DNA of 64,000 nucleotides from Terriglobia bacterium (GCA_963664115.2 CAXWPJ010000006.1:96001-160000); one strand, 5' to 3'; positions 1-10,480 are shown, counted from the first letter of the stretch. Program-made: numbers and translations. Notes: generated from the sequence alone by a model not told the origin.

Positions 1-1
1 C

Positions 2-691
2 GCGATCAGTATTTATCTCGCGACCGCACGTCTCAACATCAGCGCCGGCCGCTACGACGAAGCAGAGGAGTCCTTGCGTGCTGTGGATCAGCTGACCTCA
101 GGCGCCGGTCAGTCCGATGATTCTGAGGCTGACCGAGAAGAGCTCTGGGCCCTGTTCTATGAAGAGAGCGGAGACCGAGGACAGGCGATCGAGAGTTACC
201 GTCGAGGGGTGGTCCTTGATCCCTCCCGATCTGTTTATCTTCAGAAAATTGCTGAGCTTTACGCGCTGTCCAGACAGTGGGATGAGGCTGCCCTCTGGAT
301 GGAACGTTTCATTAAGACCGGACCGTACGCTGTTGCGACTTACTGGGAGCTGTTGGGTGAGTACCTAGCGGCTGGAGGCCGGGAGGAGGAATCGGTGGCG
401 GCTTACGAACGGGCTCTGGATCTGGAACCGTATTCCTACTTGGCACGACTTCGTCTTGCGGAGGTTCTTGAGGGGCGGGACGAGTTTGAGGCCGCGATCC
501 GCCTACTCGAGTTCCTCAGTGTTTATGCCCTGGACAGAAACGCCGAGATCTACACCCGCCTTGCCAACCTTTATACTCAAACGGGTCAGATTACCCAGGC
601 GCAACGGGTCCTTGATAAAGGTGCCCGGATCTTCCCGACGGACACGGTCATTTACCGCCAGCGTCTGACACTGGAGACGTATTCAAACTGA
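2..691 (+). CDS. TPR-repeat protein (5' partial; frame is open from the window start)
   Basis: Frame is open from nt 2; TPR-like helices (AIESYRRGVVLDP, AAYERALDLEP); stop overlaps next ATG (TGATG). Confidence 0.85.
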   Translation, partial: AISIYLATARLNISAGRYDEAEESLRAVDQLTSGAGQSDDSEADREELWALFYEESGDRGQAIESYRRGVVLDPSRSVYLQKIAELYALSRQWDEAALWMERFIKTGPYAVATYWELLGEYLAAGGREEESVAAYERALDLEPYSYLARLRLAEVLEGRDEFEAAIRLLEFLSVYALDRNAEIYTRLANLYTQTGQITQAQRVLDKGARIFPTDTVIYRQRLTLETYSN

Positions 692-1533
692 TGTTGCGCA
701 CGATTCTCATCTTGACCCTGCCACTGATTATTCCTCTCCAGTCCGTTCTGAAGGTCGATGTCAACCTGGTGAACGTTTTCGTGACCGTTCAGGACGAAGA
801 GGGACGCTATGTCGGAGGGCTGGGCCGCGAGGATTTCAGAGTGAGGGAGGACGGTGAAGAACGCGCTATCGAAATATTCGAGGCGACTGCGGATCTATCG
901 AGCAGCCTCGGTGTTCTCGTTGACAATAGCGGTAGCTCTGCCAGTATTCTTTCCTCGATCAAGTCGGGAGTCGAGGAATTTTCCCGGAGTCTGACACCGG
1001 AGGATGAAATTTTCGTGATGTCTTTCGCGATCGAAGCTGCAGTTGTGCATGATCTGCACGAAGACGTGAGTCGGCTGCCAGGCGCACTGAAGAGCTTGCG
1101 TTCATGGGGTACTTCCGTATTTTACGACGCACTATCCTCAGGTATCACCAAGACACGCGAAGCCAGCCATGAGCGAAAGGCGCTGATCGTACTGTCCGAC
1201 GGCAACGACAATCAAAGCCAGGCGTCTTATCTCGAAGTCGTTCGGGCGGCGCAAAGCAACATGGTGTTGCTGTATTTCGTCGGGATTGGCCCCAAGGTTT
1301 TGATCGACACCTATACCATGGATGGACTTGCATCGATGACCGGCGGTCGTGTCGTGCTGCTCGAACCCGATCAGGCTATCCCTGAAGCCCTCGAAAATAT
1401 ACGTGAAGAGTTGGGCCACCAATACTACCTGGGCTACCACGCGTCCGCAGAAAGCGGTTTCCACTCCATCGAGGTAGAAGTTCCAGATCGTGCCGTTACG
1501 GTGCGTGCCCGGGACGGTTATCTCGTCCAGTAA
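691..1533 (+). CDS. VWA-domain protein, acidobacterial VWFA-related type
   Basis: Signal-like N-terminus, KVDVNLVNVFVTV, MIDAS DNSGS, LSDGND, C-terminal QYYLGY...VRARDGY. Confidence 0.9.
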   Translation: MLRTILILTLPLIIPLQSVLKVDVNLVNVFVTVQDEEGRYVGGLGREDFRVREDGEERAIEIFEATADLSSSLGVLVDNSGSSASILSSIKSGVEEFSRSLTPEDEIFVMSFAIEAAVVHDLHEDVSRLPGALKSLRSWGTSVFYDALSSGITKTREASHERKALIVLSDGNDNQSQASYLEVVRAAQSNMVLLYFVGIGPKVLIDTYTMDGLASMTGGRVVLLEPDQAIPEALENIREELGHQYYLGYHASAESGFHSIEVEVPDRAVTVRARDGYLVQ

Positions 1534-1562
1534 CTTCCGCTCCTGAAGCTCCATCCAGGGGC

Positions 1563-1637
1563 CGGACACTTCATGCGATATTGTGACCTGGCCAGTGTGT
1601 TTCGTCTGAAGTGTCCGTCCCTTTCCTGAAGTGTCCG
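1563..1637. promoter_or_regulatory. Three copies of the 11-mer TGAAGTGTCCG (one inverted, two direct, 20 bp apart); candidate operator array
   Basis: CGGACACTTCA 1563-1573; TGAAGTGTCCG 1607-1617 and 1627-1637; intergenic, upstream of ORF 1690. Confidence 0.5.
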
Positions 1638-1689
1638 CCCCCTTTAATTCAACGGTTTGGACCCCATCTGTCCGCTTAGTCCCTGATAA

Positions 1690-2322
1690 ATGAAAAAGGC
1701 AAACGGGAGGAAGCCGATGGTTCAGTTAGGGTTCCGGATCCGAAACACCGTCTTTAATGCCGGCGTTGGTAACCGCCGAACCGCTATCCGTCCGATTACA
1801 TTCCATTTTCCGACGCTCGAGGAGGCCGCTCTTCTCGCGGTGGTCAGTGATTCTGGGAAAGTAGTCCCACGCGAACAAGTGTTCTCGCTGTCCCATCCCC
1901 GCACTGGGCCGGTGATCGAGGGATTTGTGGATTGTGCCCTGGGTGAGTTCGTGCGTGCCCAGTTAGAAGCGCTTTCCTCGGATGGCTTGCCGCCCGTGAG
2001 GTGTGAAGTCCATGGACTCGAGCCCTTCATGGAAACGTTTGAGCCCGAACAATCAGAACGGTTGCGTGACCTGATCAGTGTGTGCGAATTTCGCACCAAC
2101 GAGTTCACTCCAGAATCCGCCGTACGTTTCCTCAAAGATACAGGCTTCTTCGATCAGTACATCATCGTCGGCGTAAAGCACGGCAAAGGATGGCGCCGTT
2201 CGCGCTGCATTACCACTTTTGAAGGTCGTCCCGGCGATGCTGCAGCTATATTGGGTCATCTTGCGGACTACTTCACTAAAGAACAGCCGGATGATCAGCA
2301 GCAGGATGACCGCTACCTTTAA
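1690..2322 (+). CDS. Hypothetical protein
   Basis: 210-aa ORF filling the intergenic space; no motif recognised. Confidence 0.65.
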   Translation: MKKANGRKPMVQLGFRIRNTVFNAGVGNRRTAIRPITFHFPTLEEAALLAVVSDSGKVVPREQVFSLSHPRTGPVIEGFVDCALGEFVRAQLEALSSDGLPPVRCEVHGLEPFMETFEPEQSERLRDLISVCEFRTNEFTPESAVRFLKDTGFFDQYIIVGVKHGKGWRRSRCITTFEGRPGDAAAILGHLADYFTKEQPDDQQQDDRYL

Positions 2323-2371
2323 ATCCGTACAATCGGTGGCTTTCGACCGATCGAACAACGATGAAACCGTG

Positions 2372-2491
2372 ATGTCCCAGCTGGAGTGGATAGAGCGCAC
2401 CTGCCCGAACTGCGACTCTCCGATGGATTCCCAGAGCTGCAAATTGAAATGCCTCAAGTGCGGTTTCTTCAGATCCTGTAGCGATTTTTAG
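2372..2491 (+). CDS. Small CPxC/CxxCG zinc-finger microprotein (39 aa)
   Basis: MSQLEWIERTCPNCDSPMDSQSCKLKCLKCGFFRSCSDF; CPNC and CLKCG knuckles. Confidence 0.7.
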   Translation: MSQLEWIERTCPNCDSPMDSQSCKLKCLKCGFFRSCSDF

Positions 2492-2495
2492 GTTC

Positions 2496-4076
2496 TCATC
2501 CGCCCCCGCGCACTATTCCGTCCAGCATACGTGCCAGCGGGTATTCAGGTTCGATTGTGAGGATGATGTCCAGATAGTGCCGTGCCTTGTCCCTGTTTCC
2601 CTCGTCAAAATATTGAGCGGTTTTGATGTACCAGGTATTGATTTCGCTCCAGTAAATTTCTTCCAACCAGGGAGTGCTCCTCTGACGTTCCAGGAAGATT
2701 GCGGCCAGCGGAATCACCTTGTCCCGGGATGTTACAAGCCAGCGTTCCCGGAATGATTCGATCTGTTCTCTCAAGGCGGATTCCTCCAGGCGGGGGTTCA
2801 GCGAGAGCCGCTCTATCATCGCTTCTTCGAGTTCGTGTTCAAATTGAGTTTCTATGGGCCCTCGCGGAAACTGGCTTCGCTGTTGCCATCCCAGAGATTC
2901 GTGGTATGCAGCGTTCCAGTCGTCACGCAATTCGGAGATACTGATTTCCGGCTGTTCGCTCGTAAAGGAGTTGATGTCGTCTCTCTGTCGGACGAGAATT
3001 GTTTTACCGCTTTTCAATCTTTCCAGCGCCGCTTCCACCTCTTCGGCCAATGATGAGCCTTCAACCCATTCCTCGATAAATTCCACAGTCTCTTCGGGCA
3101 ATGAGTTTAGGGTAATCAGCCTCAGCACCTTGCCTACCACTCCTGGATCGCGCGAGCGATCCAGGAGTGGTAGGACTGACAACAGGTCTTCGCGATAGCT
3201 TCGAGAACGTGCGTGGGCGACAACTTCTTCCAGAATGCGATCCACGCCCCGCGTGTTGTTGGTTTCAATAAGAAGTTCAAGCCAGCGAAACGGGATATCT
3301 TCATGCAAATGTCGTCTCAGATTGTAGAGAACGTAAGGCAGCGCCAGAGCCCAGAGTTCCTTCAGGATTTCTCGGGCGCGCTCTTCCTGATGCTCTTCCA
3401 GAAGGGGTTCCGAAACTGTGAAGGCGAGCACTCGTGCCGCAACGGGGGTACGTATTGCGGCCAGCAGCTCCAGAGCCGTTTGGACCCGCACCGGGTCTTC
3501 AAGTGAATCGAAGAGCAGATCGGCAACTGCGGGGACACCCCCCGACCCAAGCTTAGAGAACCGTTCCAGCAGAGTTGTCCCCTCGAGTGCATTCCCTGCC
3601 CACTGTGCGATCCAGCCTCTTGCTTCGGCATCAATCGTAGTGTCGTAGGTGTCATGCTCAAGTGATTTCAGGAGTTGGTTTGTGTATGCGCGAACGACAG
3701 TGCCAACTACGTCCAAGGAAAAATCGACATCCTCTATCGCGCCGACGACGGTATCTGCGACGCGGCGTGGGGGGCCTTTCATGTCCGGATAAGCCGTGCG
3801 CAGAGATTCCGCCAGTCGTGCCCGGAGATCGACGTTGGGATTGACGTTGAGACGGATGCCCTGCTTAATTACGAATTGAAAATCGTCGTTCTCGAACGAG
3901 GGTTCGCCGTCCTGAATCAGACGCCCCATTTCCTGGAGGAGGAAGTCATCCGATTCGATACCGAATTCGACATCGTCAATCAAGGTTTGAAACAGTTCTG
4001 TGCTGTCCGCCATCGCGCGCTCGAACTGTTGTTTTGCCCGCATCAGATGTTTGCCGCCCGATTTCCTCATGAACAC
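2496..4076 (-). CDS. Hypothetical acidic all-helical protein (HEAT/TPR-like)
   Basis: 526-aa ORF overlapping the RNase II gene stop; C-terminal TPR-like segment. Confidence 0.75.
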   Translation of the reverse strand: MFMRKSGGKHLMRAKQQFERAMADSTELFQTLIDDVEFGIESDDFLLQEMGRLIQDGEPSFENDDFQFVIKQGIRLNVNPNVDLRARLAESLRTAYPDMKGPPRRVADTVVGAIEDVDFSLDVVGTVVRAYTNQLLKSLEHDTYDTTIDAEARGWIAQWAGNALEGTTLLERFSKLGSGGVPAVADLLFDSLEDPVRVQTALELLAAIRTPVAARVLAFTVSEPLLEEHQEERAREILKELWALALPYVLYNLRRHLHEDIPFRWLELLIETNNTRGVDRILEEVVAHARSRSYREDLLSVLPLLDRSRDPGVVGKVLRLITLNSLPEETVEFIEEWVEGSSLAEEVEAALERLKSGKTILVRQRDDINSFTSEQPEISISELRDDWNAAYHESLGWQQRSQFPRGPIETQFEHELEEAMIERLSLNPRLEESALREQIESFRERWLVTSRDKVIPLAAIFLERQRSTPWLEEIYWSEINTWYIKTAQYFDEGNRDKARHYLDIILTIEPEYPLARMLDGIVRGGG

Positions 4077-6016
4077 GCCCGGAATCGAATGTCACCCCTG
4101 ATGGGGTCGATGGACTCTATTTTTACGGTAATTGAATCGCCCAATTGCCAGCGAGTCCCATCGGATACTTTGCCTCGGATGAGGTAGTCGGTCAGTTCCA
4201 CGGTTCCTTTTCCGTCTATGACTAAAGCCTCGATGGGTTCATCCATTTTGTCCTGTGAAAGATGAGTCAGAATCCAATACATCGTCGATGTCTGTTCCAA
4301 CCTGCGCATATCCAGTTCTGCTGCTTCCGCAGACGTAATGATAACGAGCAGTTCGTCTCTGTCATATGGAAATGGCGTTCCTTCGATTGCTGCGACAAAC
4401 TGTCTCTGAGTGACAAGGTCGGCGTATCTTCGGATTGGAGAAGACACCTGAGCGTAGGCTCCCAGGCCAAGGCCGGAATGAGGACCCGGCGACAAGGACA
4501 ATCGGGAGCGTTTGAAGCTTCTTCGCAACAACTCGAATTGAATCGCTTCGGGAAATCCTTCGATGTCTGGCGGGGGAGAGTCGGGTGCTTCCTGCGTGCG
4601 AAAGATTATCGGCACACCCGTCGTTGCTGCACTGTCTGCAGCAAGGCTGTTAGCGAGTATCATCATTTCACTCACAATAAGCCGGGCCGGGGTGTCCACT
4701 TCGATGCGTTGCACGCTGATGTCTCCGTCATCGACCCGTATCTTGATTTCAGGACGGCGATGCGTTTGTGCTCCCTGGTCGGAGCGTTGTTCCTGAAGAT
4801 GAAGGGCGATCTGGTGGAGACGTACGAGAGACGTATCTCTTTCTTCCAGCAATCGGTCAGCAGATTCATAGGACAGTCGATCCGTCACCGTAACCGTTGT
4901 TCGAAACACACGGGAATCGACAAGCTCGTTATCGCGATTGAAACGGACCTCGACGCTGAAGGCCGGCCGGCGTTCTCCTTTGACGAGACTGGCAAGATCG
5001 GTCGACAGACGTGGGGGAAACATGGTGACTGATACATTAGGCAGATACAGGGTGGTAGACCTTTTGAATGCTTCCCGGTCGAGCGCGTCCCCTTTGTTTA
5101 CGAATGCGCTGACGTCCGCAATGTGAATTCCGACTGTCAGATTTCCGGCGTCTTCGGTAACGGTCAACGCGTCGTCCACTTCTACGGTTGCATCGTCGTC
5201 AATTGCCAACGTGAGCCGACCGCTCCAGTCTTCCCGCCTCCCACCCACCGTACTCGGATCCAATTTCTGCGAAGCTTCGACGACTTCGGCGGGAAACGAT
5301 GTGGATACTCCATGAATGATGAGGAAGCGATCTTCCCAAGCCTCGATGCGTCCCGACTGAACTAGTAAATCGTAGGCGATGTCTTTGGCCCGCGATTCAC
5401 CGGCAAGCTGTTCGAGGACACTTCCGACTTCGTCGCGCTCCTGCCGGCGGAGCCATATTTCGAGCCGTTCGGATATGGAATTCCAGTCGTGGGTGTCGGG
5501 TGGAGCGCCTTCCTGAATAGCGCGATTCAGAATGTTGCCGACGTGCTTTCGAAAATCCTCCTTTTCCTGTTCGCGCGCGATCCGGAGCCGCTGAGAATCA
5601 ACCTGTAGCCTGGCCCGGGGTTGGAAGCGGGTACCGTTACGTTTAAAAAACAACCCTCCGTCGGCAAGCCCACGAAAAATTGCGGATTGAGATTCAGGAG
5701 AGGGAGCACCGAAATAGGATTCGGCGAGCTCCGCCGGTTCGAATTCCCTCGATTCTGTCTGGACGGATTCCCACAGGAGTTCGACGTCAACGTCCCTACA
5801 AAGCGAATCGATGCGTTCCTGAATTGATGCTGCGGTCTCTTTAAACTCCGCTTCGGGAACGGCTGCGTGTACAACCACAATCCGAGACACGGGCACAGAG
5901 GACTCGCGGCCTCTTTGGTCGATGACGTGGATTTTTCTCTGTTCCCGCCGCCGGACATATCCAAGACGGAGCGCGCCCGATTCGAGAAACTCTATGATGT
6001 GCCCGTCCAACTCCAT
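4067..6016 (-). CDS. Ribonuclease II/R family exoribonuclease (RNB domain)
   Basis: AIDDDATVEVDDAL catalytic motif, EMMILAN, HSGLG..Y..SSPIRRYADLV. Confidence 0.93.
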   Translation of the reverse strand: MELDGHIIEFLESGALRLGYVRRREQRKIHVIDQRGRESSVPVSRIVVVHAAVPEAEFKETAASIQERIDSLCRDVDVELLWESVQTESREFEPAELAESYFGAPSPESQSAIFRGLADGGLFFKRNGTRFQPRARLQVDSQRLRIAREQEKEDFRKHVGNILNRAIQEGAPPDTHDWNSISERLEIWLRRQERDEVGSVLEQLAGESRAKDIAYDLLVQSGRIEAWEDRFLIIHGVSTSFPAEVVEASQKLDPSTVGGRREDWSGRLTLAIDDDATVEVDDALTVTEDAGNLTVGIHIADVSAFVNKGDALDREAFKRSTTLYLPNVSVTMFPPRLSTDLASLVKGERRPAFSVEVRFNRDNELVDSRVFRTTVTVTDRLSYESADRLLEERDTSLVRLHQIALHLQEQRSDQGAQTHRRPEIKIRVDDGDISVQRIEVDTPARLIVSEMMILANSLAADSAATTGVPIIFRTQEAPDSPPPDIEGFPEAIQFELLRRSFKRSRLSLSPGPHSGLGLGAYAQVSSPIRRYADLVTQRQFVAAIEGTPFPYDRDELLVIITSAEAAELDMRRLEQTSTMYWILTHLSQDKMDEPIEALVIDGKGTVELTDYLIRGKVSDGTRWQLGDSITVKIESIDPIRGDIRFRACS

Positions 6017-6018
6017 GG

Positions 6019-7641
6019 ATGCCTAGTATTTTACGCGACAGGCCGTTCCCTGGCGCAGAGGGTCCCTCACCCAGCCCGTTGCCGAAGCCTCGTGCTACAG
6101 TGGTCGACATGTCCGACGATGTTCTGGCTCCGCTGACCGGCCCGGGTATCCGCATACACGATAAGGCCGAACTCGAGGAGTTTCTCGCTCGTCCGAACGC
6201 GGTAGAGCTGGTTCAATCCTCTTCGTCTGAGCAGCTGTTTTTCACCATCAAAACCGTGGGCCTCGCCGATTCGCTCGCGTTGCTGGCACTGGTGACCGAG
6301 CGCCAGGTCTGTGGCTTTGTTGATTTGGATTGCTGGAGAAAAGACAGCTTTGTCCGAAAGCCCTTCATGGAGTGGATTGCGGCTTTCGTTCAGGTTGGCC
6401 CCGACGAGACAGTACGTGCTCTGTCGGGAATCGACGAAAATGTCATCGCGTTATTTCTGAAAGACTTGATTACGATCTATGAACTCGAGCGCGACGAGCC
6501 AGCCCCGGAAACAGAACTCGTTTTTACTCCAGACAATCGCTTTGCAATCCACCAGGACGAGACGGGCGAGTTGGCAACCATCTCTTCCCTCATTCTCGAC
6601 GCGCTGTTCCGTCACGCCCCGGATATGGGATATAGCCTTCTGCGACGGGTCCGTTACACGACACGCACCGTGCTCGAAGAGACTGCCTATCAGAACAAAG
6701 TACGACGTCTGGAGGTCGACGGTTTCGTCGATTACTACACAGCCCTGTCCATTTACGCCGGACCCCAACAGGGCGAAACGATGGCCCGCCCCAGATCTGA
6801 TGAAGACGACGATGAGGTTTGGGACGAGGACGATGCACCTCGGTTTCTTCCCACCGTCTTCGCCGATTCGATTTCCGAAGGTGGATATCTTTTGACCGCT
6901 CTCGGGGCGGTTCCAGCAAGCGTATCGGAGCGCCTGGCACAGGAGTTGACGGCGTTGGGGAACAGGATTCTGTCTGCAAATCTCGTCAATCTGGGGGAAG
7001 TCGAGAGTATACGCGGAGCCCTTAGTGAAATGCGGGAATATTTGACGATCGGTCTGGAATGTCTTTCCGATGGAGAATCGGGCGCTGCGGCTGCCGTGCT
7101 GACTGCGAATCATATTCAAAACGTTTTCAAAACTGGTTTCGATCAATTGGCGGGTTTGAGAGCCGTCGCGGAGCAACTTTCCAGGTTCCCTTCATTTAAG
7201 GCCGAATTGCTCGAAAGCCCTGATCAGGAATTCTACAATGGGCTGCTTCGGTTCAAGCCGCTCTTATGGGAAGACGGGCAGTATCGTAACTTTCAGAACG
7301 TGGCGGATGTGCGAAATGGGCGGAAGCGCATGGACGACATCCGGGTCGTATCGGAGGGTTTCCTGAGAATGTTCGCGGTGAGCGAAACGACACTTCGGAA
7401 GACGTTTAACACAGCCGTCATATGTCTGGCGACGTCTGGAGAGTTCGCCCCGCGTGCTATAGAAGCCAAAGTCCTGGAGCGGTTTGTGTCTGAGGGTTTG
7501 GTTTTCCCCAAATTGGATATGCCGGAAGAGCTTCAGGAGATTGCCGGGAAATGGCTCGATACGCTGCGAGAGGAACTCGAACCTTTAAGGGGTACGGTGA
7601 TCGATCCGCGTTTCGTCGACTCTGTGTTGATGCGTTTGTAG
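6019..7641 (+). CDS. Conserved hypothetical protein (DUF6178-like); true start probably downstream, around 6109
   Basis: 540-aa ORF; VDLDCWRKD and RRLEVDGFVDY motifs recalled from this family. Confidence 0.7.
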   Translation: MPSILRDRPFPGAEGPSPSPLPKPRATVVDMSDDVLAPLTGPGIRIHDKAELEEFLARPNAVELVQSSSSEQLFFTIKTVGLADSLALLALVTERQVCGFVDLDCWRKDSFVRKPFMEWIAAFVQVGPDETVRALSGIDENVIALFLKDLITIYELERDEPAPETELVFTPDNRFAIHQDETGELATISSLILDALFRHAPDMGYSLLRRVRYTTRTVLEETAYQNKVRRLEVDGFVDYYTALSIYAGPQQGETMARPRSDEDDDEVWDEDDAPRFLPTVFADSISEGGYLLTALGAVPASVSERLAQELTALGNRILSANLVNLGEVESIRGALSEMREYLTIGLECLSDGESGAAAAVLTANHIQNVFKTGFDQLAGLRAVAEQLSRFPSFKAELLESPDQEFYNGLLRFKPLLWEDGQYRNFQNVADVRNGRKRMDDIRVVSEGFLRMFAVSETTLRKTFNTAVICLATSGEFAPRAIEAKVLERFVSEGLVFPKLDMPEELQEIAGKWLDTLREELEPLRGTVIDPRFVDSVLMRL

Positions 7642-7672
7642 CACTCTCTAACAATTCTAATCCGTCTAGCTG

Positions 7673-8416
7673 ATGACAGGACGAACCATTATTCTAGCGG
7701 GCGGCTCCGGTGGACTCGGAGCTGTGCTGGCGGATTTCCTGGCCCAGCGTGGCGCCCGACCCATCCTGGGTTGTTTCCGGAACGTCGATCGTGCTCGTGA
7801 GATTGCCTCAGACATCGAATCGCGACACGGAGTGTTTGTCCCCGTGGTTGCAGGTGATGTGTTACAGGAGGAAACTCGGGTCCGGCTCATGGACGAGGCG
7901 TCTTCCCTGGGTCCGCTGTATGGAATGGTTCCCTTAGTCGGCGAGCCCGCTCGAGTGCCGATCGAGGAGGCCACCGAAGAGGATCTTCTGGCCGCGACGC
8001 GAATCAACTTCGTGGCACCGGTTCTGCTGGCGCGTGATTTCACCGCCAGGATCGGAAGAGGCGATGCCAGTATTGTTTTTGTGTCCACGATGCAAGCCGT
8101 CGGGATCTTTCCGGGCAGTACGACTTATGCGGCGCCCAAAGCGGCCCTCATCCATGCGGCGCGCATCCTGGCGCATCAGTGGGGCGGGTCTCACGGTGTT
8201 CGCGTTAACGTTGTTGCCCCCGGCGTCACAACCTCCGGTATGGCCGAAAAGAGTGTTGCCAGCGGGAAGTACAACCCTTTTATCGAACGCGGAGTCATAG
8301 CACGATTCGGGGCTCCGCTGGATGTTGCCCGCGCGATCGGTCTGTTCCTTGAACCGGACAACTATGTGACCGGTCAGGTGTTGACCGTGGATGGCGGTCT
8401 GACGGCGCGCAAATAA
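7673..8416 (+). CDS. SDR family NAD(P)-dependent oxidoreductase
   Basis: GGSGGLG, YAAPK catalytic motif, VRVNVVAPG, VTGQVLTVDGG. Confidence 0.93.
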   Translation: MTGRTIILAGGSGGLGAVLADFLAQRGARPILGCFRNVDRAREIASDIESRHGVFVPVVAGDVLQEETRVRLMDEASSLGPLYGMVPLVGEPARVPIEEATEEDLLAATRINFVAPVLLARDFTARIGRGDASIVFVSTMQAVGIFPGSTTYAAPKAALIHAARILAHQWGGSHGVRVNVVAPGVTTSGMAEKSVASGKYNPFIERGVIARFGAPLDVARAIGLFLEPDNYVTGQVLTVDGGLTARK

Positions 8417-8486
8417 TTCCCTGAGCCCGGTCCATTCCGGACAAACACCCTGACTCGACCCGATCTGACCACTGCCCTCGCTACCA

Positions 8487-9137
8487 TTGGGCGTGGCCAG
8501 TTTCAGCACCTTGATCGTCGACATTGAGACGGTCGGACAAGATAAGGAAGCGATCCCGGAACGTGCCCTGAAGATTCTTCTCGGTAGCCCCGGTACTGAC
8601 GGTACTGATGACGGCGAGGCGCAAGCGGAGATCGTAGACCGTTTCGGACTGGACCCATGTACGGGCCGGATTGTCTGCATCGGTGTCTACTGGCTCGAGG
8701 TCGATCGCTCGCGTGTGTATTGTCAGAGTGATGAACGCGAACTGCTCGCGAATTTCTGGGCCGACGTGGCCCAGATTCGCCCCACACGGTTTGTTACCTT
8801 CAACGGAAAGTCCTTCGATTTTCCGTACATCAACATTCGAAGCGCCATTCTGGGTGTAATGGCCCCGAGAGAGGCCTTATTAGACACCCGACGTTTTTCT
8901 ACGGACCGCCACTTCGATGTGCGCGAAACGCTGACCAACTACGATCGCTACAAAAAAGGAACTCTGGAATACTTTTGCGAAATATTCGGAGTGCCTTCTC
9001 CGAAGAACGGTATAGACGGAAGCAAAGTCGGTGCGTACTTCAAGGAAGGAAGAATCGACGAGATTGCCGAATACTGTCTCGCCGATTGCAAAGCGACCGC
9101 CAAACTCTATCAGCGAATCCGCCACTACTACCGATGA
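8487..9137 (+). CDS. PolB-like 3'-5' exonuclease (DnaQ/RNase H fold)
   Basis: VDIET (ExoI), TFNGKSFDFP (ExoII), YCLAD (ExoIII). Confidence 0.9.
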   Translation: MGVASFSTLIVDIETVGQDKEAIPERALKILLGSPGTDGTDDGEAQAEIVDRFGLDPCTGRIVCIGVYWLEVDRSRVYCQSDERELLANFWADVAQIRPTRFVTFNGKSFDFPYINIRSAILGVMAPREALLDTRRFSTDRHFDVRETLTNYDRYKKGTLEYFCEIFGVPSPKNGIDGSKVGAYFKEGRIDEIAEYCLADCKATAKLYQRIRHYYR

Positions 9138-9294
9138 CGGGAGCCAATTATTTAATCGTCGATAGCTGCGAGAGCGGAGTACGGACGTGAAACCCATAGC
9201 TGTCAATTCATAAAGTCTTGCACGGGCCTGTCACGCGACACGCTTCTCACTTCCCGGCTTGACAGCGGACCGGCACCACCCGTAGAAAGGATGC

Positions 9295-10470
9295 ATGACT
9301 TCCGCCCCTGGCCAATATGCCTTGCTGTTTGTTTGTTGGATATCAGCGCTCGTCACCCTCGCCATTTTTCTCGAGAGTTGGTTCGCTCTCACCCGCCGGC
9401 CCCGCCTGGCCACTCTTCGCTCGACCGATGCACATGGAGTCCTTTCGGTCCTCGTACCCCTTGGCCCCAAGGTGGCCTCTGCCCTTCGCTGTCTGGGATC
9501 GATTCTCGACCAGTCCTACCCGTTTATAGAGTTGCTCATCATTTACGACGAGAAAGACTCCAGCCTTGCAGGTCTGGCGCGTGAGTTCGCCGGACTCCGT
9601 TCGCAAGTTCCCGTTCGACTGATCCCGGTAGGTTTCTCGATCGACGACGAGACAACCCGGATCCGTGCGCTGGATCAGGCCCAGTCGAGTGTGCGGGGAT
9701 CCTGGATTCTTGTGGTGGATTCGGACGTGACTCTGGATCCCTGCGCTGTGGAATCGGTCCTGGAGTTTTCAGGAAGCGAAGACATTATGGCCTTGGCGCT
9801 ATCTCCCGGTATCGAGTGCCGATCTCTCGGGCAGAAACTCCTCGCGCCGTCTCTGGAATGGTTCGTTCGAATGATCGCGGTTGTAGACAGGGGCCGGGAA
9901 AAATCAACCCGCCTGAGTCTTTCCGCTCCCTTCTTGCTGCTTCACGGCCATACGCATGCCTTGATCAACAAAATGAACAAGTTGCCTGGTATTTTGAACG
10001 AGTCCGGCTGGACTCTCTGGAGCTATAGGATCGAGGGGCTGAAGACATTTCAAGGGGACGGTTCAGGTTGGATCGCTCGCGAGGCGACGATCCGGGCGAT
10101 AATGTCGAGTCTCAATACGGGCCCGTTAAGCGTCGGACGAGTGCTTGCATTCGTTTTGGGCAGCGCGGTCATCTCTATTGTTTCTGTGATTGGAATTCTA
10201 TTCGGGACCTTCGCAGGGCAGGGAGGCTTTGCCAGCATGGGAATCCTGTACTTTTCCGCTTTCAGCTACAGTCTCATGGCGACCTCTTATTTTTGCTACT
10301 CTCGCCGCCTGGGTGCGGCCGCCTGGTTTGCACCGTTCTGGTTTTTCTCTCACGCAATGGCGCTTCTGCTGACGTTATTCGAGTTGCAACGTTCCGTGCC
10401 CGACTTGCCGGGCGTTACGCCAGCAAGACATCACAAGCCGGACACTCAAATTTTCTCAGAACGAAAGTAA
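9295..10470 (+). CDS. Membrane glycosyltransferase family 2 protein (divergent)
   Basis: CLGSILDQSYP, VVDSDV DxD motif, N- and C-terminal TM helices. Confidence 0.8.
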   Translation: MTSAPGQYALLFVCWISALVTLAIFLESWFALTRRPRLATLRSTDAHGVLSVLVPLGPKVASALRCLGSILDQSYPFIELLIIYDEKDSSLAGLAREFAGLRSQVPVRLIPVGFSIDDETTRIRALDQAQSSVRGSWILVVDSDVTLDPCAVESVLEFSGSEDIMALALSPGIECRSLGQKLLAPSLEWFVRMIAVVDRGREKSTRLSLSAPFLLLHGHTHALINKMNKLPGILNESGWTLWSYRIEGLKTFQGDGSGWIAREATIRAIMSSLNTGPLSVGRVLAFVLGSAVISIVSVIGILFGTFAGQGGFASMGILYFSAFSYSLMATSYFCYSRRLGAAAWFAPFWFFSHAMALLLTLFELQRSVPDLPGVTPARHHKPDTQIFSERK

Positions 10471-10480
10471 TTTTCGTCGG

